DNA from: Archangium sp.
GTDB taxonomy: Bacteria > Myxococcota > Myxococcia > Myxococcales > Myxococcaceae
Reading direction: 5' to 3'
DNA: 11,739 nt
Assembly: GCA_031367385.1 (NCBI GenBank)
Contig: JANLPS010000417.1
Span: 1-11,739 of the forward strand
Made by a program: the position numbers and the translations under genes. Within the stretch, counting starts at the first letter, position 1. Each line of letters opens with the position of its first letter. The notes under the pieces are model-generated. The model had not been told where the DNA came from, made no database searches, and saw only the letters and a list, made by a program, of their open reading frames with translations. Shown here one piece after another: positions 6,206 through 11,739 of the stretch.

Positions 6206-8146
6206 ATGCTTTCTCTCGCAGTGCTCGTCGTGCTCGCGCAGCAACCCCTCACCGAGCCCGACGCCGGAGTCGACGAAGACCTCGATCGCCGCCGACAGAC
6301 CGTGGTCACCGCTTCAAGAATCGAGCGCCGGCTCGAAGACGCCGTCATCGCCACCGAGGTGATTACCCGCGCGCAGATCGAGTCGCTCGGCGTGCGCGAT
6401 GTGACCCAGCTGCTGCAACAGCACCCGGGCGTCGAGATGGTCTACACGCAGCGAGGCATCGGCGTGCGCCTCCAGGGGATGGACCCCGAGTACGTGCTGA
6501 TTCTCGTCGACGGCCAGCGAGTCGCCGGCCGCGCGGGCGCCTTCGTCGACATGTCGCGGTTTTCACTGCGCGAAATCGAGCGCGTCGAGATCGTCAAAGG
6601 GCCCGCGGCCGCGGTCTATGGCGCTGACGCGATCGGCGGCGTCATCAACATGATCACCCGCAGGCCTCAAAAGGCCTTCGAGGGCGTTCTGCGTGGCACC
6701 TTCGGCACGCTGATCGAGGGTGATGTGCGCGGCAACGTGGGCTCGAAGCTCGGCCCCTTCGAGCTGCGTGCCGGTGGCGGCTATCGCACCCGAAACCCCT
6801 TCGACTGGGACCCAAGCGACGCGGCCACCAGCCTGCCTGGCATCAAGCGCTCTGACGCAGACCTCGAGCTGGCCTGGTACCCGATCGAGTCATTTCGCAT
6901 CTGGGCCCGCGCCGATTACGTGCGCAGTGACTTGAATGGCATCGACTTGAACGGCACTGGCGCGATCTTCGATCGGTTTCAACGCACCGAGCAGTTCAAC
7001 ACCTGGGTCGGCGGTCGCGGCAACTTGAGCGAGAACACCACCTTCACCATTCGCGGCCACTCCGGGCTCTTTCGCGACCAGTTTCTCCTCGATCAGCGAA
7101 ACGCCAAGGCGCTCGACTCGTACACCGCCAGCCTGACCCGCCTCTGGGAGGGCTACGTGCAGGTCGACCACCGCATCGGCCGGCACACCCTGAGCGCCGG
7201 CGTCGAGGTGCTCAGCGAGTACCTCACGGGTGAGCGAATCAACCCTCCCGCGGTCTCACGCGCGCGCTTGGGTCTCTTCGTTCAAGACAGCTGGGCGCTG
7301 GTCGACCATGGCCCGAAGTTGGCGATCGAGCCCGGGTTTCGCGCCGACTTCGATTCGCAGTTCGGAGGCGCGCCTTCACCCAGGTTGGCGGTGAAGTTCG
7401 ACCCGACTCCGGCGCTCACCGTGCGCGCGTCGTTCGGCTTGGGCTTTCGACCCCCGTCATTTTCGGAGCTCTACTTGAGCTTCGCGAACCCTGGCGTTGG
7501 CTACCTGGTCACCGGTAACCCGAAGCTCGAGGCCGAGCGCTCGGCCTCGGTCAACATCAGCGCCGACTACCGGCTGCCCGTCGACGGCTGGAGCGTCTCC
7601 GCCAGCGGCTGGCACACCAGCATCACCAACCTCATCAATCAGACCACCGGCGGCGTGCTCAACCCCGATAACCCGGCGATGTTCTCGTACGTGAACGTCG
7701 CCAATGCCTACACCCAGGGCGTCGAGGTCAGCACGCGGGTCAAGCTCTCCAAAGGCGCGTACCTCGATCTTGGCTACATGGGGCTCGACGCACGCGACGT
7801 GACGGCGAACCGCGCGCTCGAGGGCCGATCTGCCCATCGCGTCAACCTGCAAGCCACCGCCAAGTACCGCCCCACTGGCCTCGAGGCGGTGATTCGCGCC
7901 ACCTTCAACAGCGCGCGGCCGTACTACGCAGGCAGTGGCACCGCGTTCATCGGCGACCTCGGCGCGGGAGATGCCCGAACGGTCTGGGCGCCGGCCTACG
8001 TCGACCTCGAAGCGCAGATCACCTACACCGTGCGCAGCTGGATCAAAGTGTTCGTCAACGGCTACAACCTGCTCAACCAGGGCGATCACACGTTCACCCC
8101 GCGACCTCCGCGCGGCGTTCTTGGCGGCGTTCAGGTGGAGTACTGA
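6206..8146 (+). CDS. TonB-dependent outer-membrane receptor (CirA/HmuR/BtuB-like), 646 aa
   Basis: TonB-box-like TVVTASR, plug motifs VLILVDG and IERVEIVKGPAAAVYGADAIGGVINMIT, barrel motifs GFRPPSFSELY, GNPKLEAE and NLLN, and a terminal aromatic residue (VQVEY). Confidence 0.95.
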   Translation: MLSLAVLVVLAQQPLTEPDAGVDEDLDRRRQTVVTASRIERRLEDAVIATEVITRAQIESLGVRDVTQLLQQHPGVEMVYTQRGIGVRLQGMDPEYVLILVDGQRVAGRAGAFVDMSRFSLREIERVEIVKGPAAAVYGADAIGGVINMITRRPQKAFEGVLRGTFGTLIEGDVRGNVGSKLGPFELRAGGGYRTRNPFDWDPSDAATSLPGIKRSDADLELAWYPIESFRIWARADYVRSDLNGIDLNGTGAIFDRFQRTEQFNTWVGGRGNLSENTTFTIRGHSGLFRDQFLLDQRNAKALDSYTASLTRLWEGYVQVDHRIGRHTLSAGVEVLSEYLTGERINPPAVSRARLGLFVQDSWALVDHGPKLAIEPGFRADFDSQFGGAPSPRLAVKFDPTPALTVRASFGLGFRPPSFSELYLSFANPGVGYLVTGNPKLEAERSASVNISADYRLPVDGWSVSASGWHTSITNLINQTTGGVLNPDNPAMFSYVNVANAYTQGVEVSTRVKLSKGAYLDLGYMGLDARDVTANRALEGRSAHRVNLQATAKYRPTGLEAVIRATFNSARPYYAGSGTAFIGDLGAGDARTVWAPAYVDLEAQITYTVRSWIKVFVNGYNLLNQGDHTFTPRPPRGVLGGVQVEY

Positions 8147-8760
8147 TGATGATGCGAACCGCGTTGATTCTGTTGGCATTGTGCGCGTGCGCGCCCGACC
8201 TGCGCATCGATCACCCGTTCGATGGCACCGGCCAATGCATTGACCCGGTCACCAAAGCCCAGGTCGACTGCGCGCTGATACCGCTGGTGTCGGTGACGCT
8301 CGACGGCGCGGTGCGAAACATGATCGTCGACGCGACCAACAAAGAGTCGAAGGTGTACGTCGACCTCGATTCAGGCCGTGAAATGAAGACCGACGAGGCC
8401 TTCGCCACCAACGGGTGGGACCTGGCGTTCAAGCGCTTCGAGATCACCATGAACGGCGGCTCGGGCAACTTGCAGGGCACGGTGCAGATTGCGGTGCTCG
8501 AGGGGCAGGCGTTCGATTCGCTGACCACGGCGCCCGCGACCGGCTACCAACAAGACGGTGCCGAGAGCGTCTTCAGCGGCGTCAATGGTGGCTGGTATTA
8601 TTACGATCTGGGCACCCACAAGCTCACCACCAAAGACGAGCTCTACATTGTGAAGACCACCGACGGCGCGTACATGAAATTGCGAATGGGCAATTACTAC
8701 GACGCGTCGGGTACTCCCGCGCGGCTCAGCTTGTCGTACGCCCCGGTGACCGCGCCTTGA
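8146..8760 (+). CDS. hmuY: HmuY-family heme-binding lipoprotein, about 204 aa
   Basis: Lipobox (LALCAC). Motifs VYVDLDSG, WDLAFKRF…NGG, GWYYYD..TH and YIVKTTDG.YMKL…YYD. One-base overlap with the receptor stop. Confidence 0.85.
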   Translation: MMMRTALILLALCACAPDLRIDHPFDGTGQCIDPVTKAQVDCALIPLVSVTLDGAVRNMIVDATNKESKVYVDLDSGREMKTDEAFATNGWDLAFKRFEITMNGGSGNLQGTVQIAVLEGQAFDSLTTAPATGYQQDGAESVFSGVNGGWYYYDLGTHKLTTKDELYIVKTTDGAYMKLRMGNYYDASGTPARLSLSYAPVTAP

Positions 8761-8762
8761 CA

Positions 8763-10004
8763 GTGACGGCCGCGAAAGAGACGCCGACGGTGATACCGAC
8801 GGTCGACGACGTCGAGTTTCGCGCGCTCTACAAGAAGACCAAGTACATCGTCGAGACGGCCGATGGCTGGTCGCTGGTGATCACCCGGTACCGGCCAGTG
8901 CCCCAGGCTTTTCCACAGCCGTTGTTTGGCGAGCCGATGCTGCTGGTGCACGGCTTCTGCCAAAACCGCCACGCGTGGACGAGCGGCGAATTCGTGAAGA
9001 ACCTGCTGTTCTTCGGGCTCGACATTCATGTGCTCGAGCTGCGGGGCCACGGCAAGAGCAGCATCGACTTGCAGTATCAGCGCGCGGCGAAGTTCAACCG
9101 CAAGGTGCCTCCCGACCTCAACTGGGAGTGGGACATCGACAGCTATTTTCTCTACGACCTCCCCGCCGCGGTCGCAGGCGTTCGCCGCATCACCCGCCGC
9201 GAGCGCATCTTCTTCTGCGGCCACTCGATGGGCGGCATGCTCGGCTACGGGTACGCCGGCATTCACCCTGATCATTTCGAGGGCATCGTCACCATCGGCG
9301 CGGCCGCAGAGCTCGGGCGCGGCAGCATCTTGCTCAAGACCCTGGGCTACCTGGGCCCCGGCGTGGCGGCTTCGGTCGACTCGGTGATCTCCGGGCTCAA
9401 CGTGCAGCGCGGCATCAGCCACCTGGCCTCGAGTGTGATGTCGAAGCTGCGGCGAAAAGAACGGCCCACCGCTCCGGTGCCGCTCAAGTACCGGTACCTG
9501 CCGCTCGACACCTGGCTCAAGCTGGCCGCCGACGCGCTGGGGTACGCCGAGCGCAGCCCGATGCTCGGCATGGTCGCGAGCCGAATGAACTACCTCAGCC
9601 GGTGGGACCGAATGACCATGGAGGACATGCGGTGGCTCCTGCGCGAAGGCGGCGAAAAAGAGCCGCGCAAAGTGGTCGACCAGTTCTTCAAGTGGATTCG
9701 GCAGGGCGAAGTCGTCTGCTACCGCACCGGGTACGACTTCAAGCGCGGGTTCGGCAAGATTCGCGTGCCGATGGCGATCATCTTCGGAGACATGGACCCG
9801 CTCGCCTCGATGGAGTCGACCCGCAGCGTGTACCGCACCGCGAAGAGCGAGTACCTGTTGTGGCGACCGGTGAAGGGCAACAGCCACATCGAGCTGACAA
9901 TGGGGCATGACATTCGGCAGATTTGTTACGACATCAAGAATCTCGTCGAGTACGCGAAGACGCATCGCGCGCGAGCGCCGTCACTCCCGCGCATCGAGCC
10001 CTGA
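8763..10004 (+). CDS. Alpha/beta-hydrolase (serine lipase/esterase-like), about 405-413 aa
   Basis: LLVHGF oxyanion region, LRGHG, nucleophile elbow GHSMGG, GDMDPL (Asp) and SHIEL (His). Start is GTG 8763 or 8790; the 8415 start in the ORF track overlaps hmuY. No signal peptide. Confidence 0.9.
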   Translation: MTAAKETPTVIPTVDDVEFRALYKKTKYIVETADGWSLVITRYRPVPQAFPQPLFGEPMLLVHGFCQNRHAWTSGEFVKNLLFFGLDIHVLELRGHGKSSIDLQYQRAAKFNRKVPPDLNWEWDIDSYFLYDLPAAVAGVRRITRRERIFFCGHSMGGMLGYGYAGIHPDHFEGIVTIGAAAELGRGSILLKTLGYLGPGVAASVDSVISGLNVQRGISHLASSVMSKLRRKERPTAPVPLKYRYLPLDTWLKLAADALGYAERSPMLGMVASRMNYLSRWDRMTMEDMRWLLREGGEKEPRKVVDQFFKWIRQGEVVCYRTGYDFKRGFGKIRVPMAIIFGDMDPLASMESTRSVYRTAKSEYLLWRPVKGNSHIELTMGHDIRQICYDIKNLVEYAKTHRARAPSLPRIEP

Positions 10005-10009
10005 CGAGG

Positions 10010-10408
10010 TCAGGCAGTGTCGCTGCCGCCCTTGGCGATGAACACGTCCATCCGTTCATCGAGCCAGGGCTTCGCGTCAGCTTCGTTCTTGAAGTACTCG
10101 GTGTTGACGTTCTCGGTGAGCCGCATCGCCAGGCTCGCGACCATTCGCGTCATCGCCGACAGCAACACAATTGCGACCGGTGGAGGGTTCGTCGGCTTGG
10201 TCTTCTCTGACGTCAGCACCTTGCGCACGTCGGCCGAGAGCCCAGCGATGTTGCCGACGACCAGGTGGCCGTAGCCGAAGTACTGGCCGCCGCGAGTGGC
10301 CTTCGCCATGAACCCGCGCGCCTCGTTCGGCGTCACGTCACCTTCGAAGTTTACTCGCAACGCCGGGTGGCCATTCTTCGTCTTCAATTCTGTCAGCTCG
10401 ATCGGCAC
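10010..10408 (-). CDS. STAS/SEC14 (SpoIIAA-like) small protein, about 132 aa
   Basis: From the GTG at 10408: MPIELTEL…LRVNFEGDVT…LSADVRK…VAIVLLSAMTRMVASL…YFKNEADAKPWL. The terminal F-x-x-E-x-x-A-x-x-W-L motif is typical of this family. Confidence 0.7.
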   Translation of the reverse strand: MPIELTELKTKNGHPALRVNFEGDVTPNEARGFMAKATRGGQYFGYGHLVVGNIAGLSADVRKVLTSEKTKPTNPPPVAIVLLSAMTRMVASLAMRLTENVNTEYFKNEADAKPWLDERMDVFIAKGGSDTA

Positions 10409-10465
10409 CGACCCAGAATCGGCGGCGGTCACCACGTGTTCAAGTTTTTCTCGTGCGTCACACAC

Positions 10466-10483
10466 TGTGCAACCGCTTGCACA
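10466..10483. promoter_or_regulatory. LacI/GalR-family operator-like palindrome
   Basis: TGTGCAA-CCGC-TTGCACA, whose core matches TGnAAnCGnTTnCA. It lies in the divergent intergenic region next to a weak TTCAAG-N16-CACACT promoter candidate (10439-10466). Confidence 0.7.
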
Positions 10484-10543
10484 TGTCATCGAGCCACTCC
10501 CTCGAGTGGGAGCACGGCACACAGGTTGCTGAACAGCGCCGAC

Positions 10544-11278
10544 ATGAATGCACTTTGCGGTGGGCTGCTGGTCGCGATGGTCTCGGCCGCCAGCGCTGAA
10601 GAGTCGGTCTGGCAGCGTGAAGCAGCGAGTGACTCGGGCCGGGTGGTTGCAACGAATGGCCTCTTCCCCATTTGGGAAAACACGGGCGTGCTGCTCGAGG
10701 CGCAGCGCGTGTATTTGGGCACGAGCCAACTGGCTGCGGCGCTTGGGAGCCGAGTGCAGGTCGGAGTCAACCCGTTGCGCTTCGCGTTTCGCACTCCGAA
10801 CCTCGGGGCGAAGGTCGCGCTCGCCAGCACCCGGCGGGTGAAGGTGGCCGCGGCCGTCGATGTGCTGTGGCTGATGCCCGGCTCGAGCGATGTGTTCTCG
10901 ACCTCCAATTTTTCGACGCGCCTCGACACGACGCAGAGCTCGGTCATCGCGGTGCCTCTGGCGGTGGCGGCGACGACGTCGATCAGCTCGAGCCTGTTCG
11001 TGCACGCCACGGTCACCCAGATCTTCACCGTCACTGCAGGCAAGCCGGTGCAGACCGCGTCAGGCGCGTCAATCGTCGGCGAATGGAGACCCCTGGCGCA
11101 TCACGCGATCTCAGCGCACGTGACCGAGGTCGGGTTCTGGCGTCACGAGTTCTTTCAATTCGGCGCCTCGTACCGGTATCAGCGGTCGATCTTCGAGGGT
11201 CGCCTCGGTGTCGCATACCAGCTGCGCCCCGATGGGCCACGCGTGGTGCCAGCCCTCTCGCTCGGAGTCGAGCTGTGA
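10544..11278 (+). CDS. Exported hypothetical protein, probable small outer-membrane beta-barrel, 244 aa
   Basis: Signal peptide MNALCGGLLVAMVSAASA|EE. Alternating amphipathic strands (FQFGASYRY, GRLGVAYQL, ALSLGVEL). GTGA overlap with the next gene. Confidence 0.65.
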   Translation: MNALCGGLLVAMVSAASAEESVWQREAASDSGRVVATNGLFPIWENTGVLLEAQRVYLGTSQLAAALGSRVQVGVNPLRFAFRTPNLGAKVALASTRRVKVAAAVDVLWLMPGSSDVFSTSNFSTRLDTTQSSVIAVPLAVAATTSISSSLFVHATVTQIFTVTAGKPVQTASGASIVGEWRPLAHHAISAHVTEVGFWRHEFFQFGASYRYQRSIFEGRLGVAYQLRPDGPRVVPALSLGVEL

Positions 11279-11739
11279 ACCGGCTCTTCGTTGCGACCGC
11301 TCTCGCCCTCTGCGGCTGCGATTGGGACCAGGCGGCCCTGCTCGACGCGATACCCCTGTCGGGTTCGAAGACGCAGATGGAGGTGTACCTCGCCGTGGAC
11401 GGGGTCTCGCGTGAGGCGCTCGAGGTGGCTCGATCGCGCGGGGCCTTCGCTGACTTCGAAGTGTCGACGTTGGTGCCGATGTACCCGGCCACGAGCGACG
11501 CGAGCTGGTCACGCTTGCTGCACGCGCCTCCCATCGCTGGGTACGAGTACACGTACTTCGACCAGGCCACCGACAAGGTGATGCACCCCGACCTCGAGGG
11601 GCTCGCCGGGCACGCGATACCTCCCGCTGAGCGCGATGCCGATTTTCCGTACTACCGCGCGTTCGACATGCACGGCGAAGGGTACGGAGATGCGCTGCAA
11701 GGGTATGCCGACCCCGAAGCGGCCTTCGCCGAGCGGCTC
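11275..11739 (+). CDS. Alkaline-phosphatase-superfamily (NPP/phosphodiesterase-like) lipoprotein, truncated by the window end and absent from the ORF track
   Basis: My translation begins MNRLFVATALALCG|CDWD (lipobox), and contains YLAVDGVS (metal-binding Asp) and PMYPATSDASW (P-x-x-[ST] nucleophile region). The frame stays open to 11739. Confidence 0.75.
   Translation, partial: MNRLFVATALALCGCDWDQAALLDAIPLSGSKTQMEVYLAVDGVSREALEVARSRGAFADFEVSTLVPMYPATSDASWSRLLHAPPIAGYEYTYFDQATDKVMHPDLEGLAGHAIPPAERDADFPYYRAFDMHGEGYGDALQGYADPEAAFAERL

Noticed and set aside
8763..10004. PHA synthase (PhaC) assignment
   Set aside because: The nucleophile is Ser (GHSMGG), not the Cys of the PhaC lipase box.
10409..11005. 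N-terminal extension of the 331-aa minus-strand ORF
   Set aside because: Overlaps the operator region and the plus-strand exported gene, and has an Arg-rich shadow composition.
1..11739. CRISPR array, IS element, rRNA
   Set aside because: No regularly spaced repeats, transposase-like ORF or rRNA-like sequence seen.

Overview
High-GC bacterial DNA, almost certainly from a myxobacterium (Myxococcota), judged by MYXO-CTERM-type C-terminal tails, a CxRCG zinc-finger gene and very short signal peptides. Left, minus strand: gltX, a CPBP/Rce1-like intramembrane protease, a small exported protein and tRNA-Gln(CUG). Downstream of the tRNA are att-like repeats and the tail of a convergent gene, a possible genomic-island edge. 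Middle, plus strand: a small Zn-finger gene bracketed by a 21-bp imperfect direct repeat, then a translationally coupled trio of one exported OB/TIMP-like protein and two paralogous prodomain-less matrixin-like metzincins with MYXO-CTERM anchors. Next come a TonB-dependent receptor, a HmuY-family lipoprotein and an alpha/beta hydrolase. Right: a STAS/SpoIIAA-like gene, a LacI-type operator palindrome, a probable outer-membrane protein and a truncated alkaline-phosphatase-superfamily lipoprotein. The best candidate system is a surface-anchored MMP-like protease pair with a trans-encoded TIMP-like partner and a nearby candidate sorting protease, next to a HmuR/HmuY-like heme-uptake module. All family calls come from reading motifs by eye; no searches were run.
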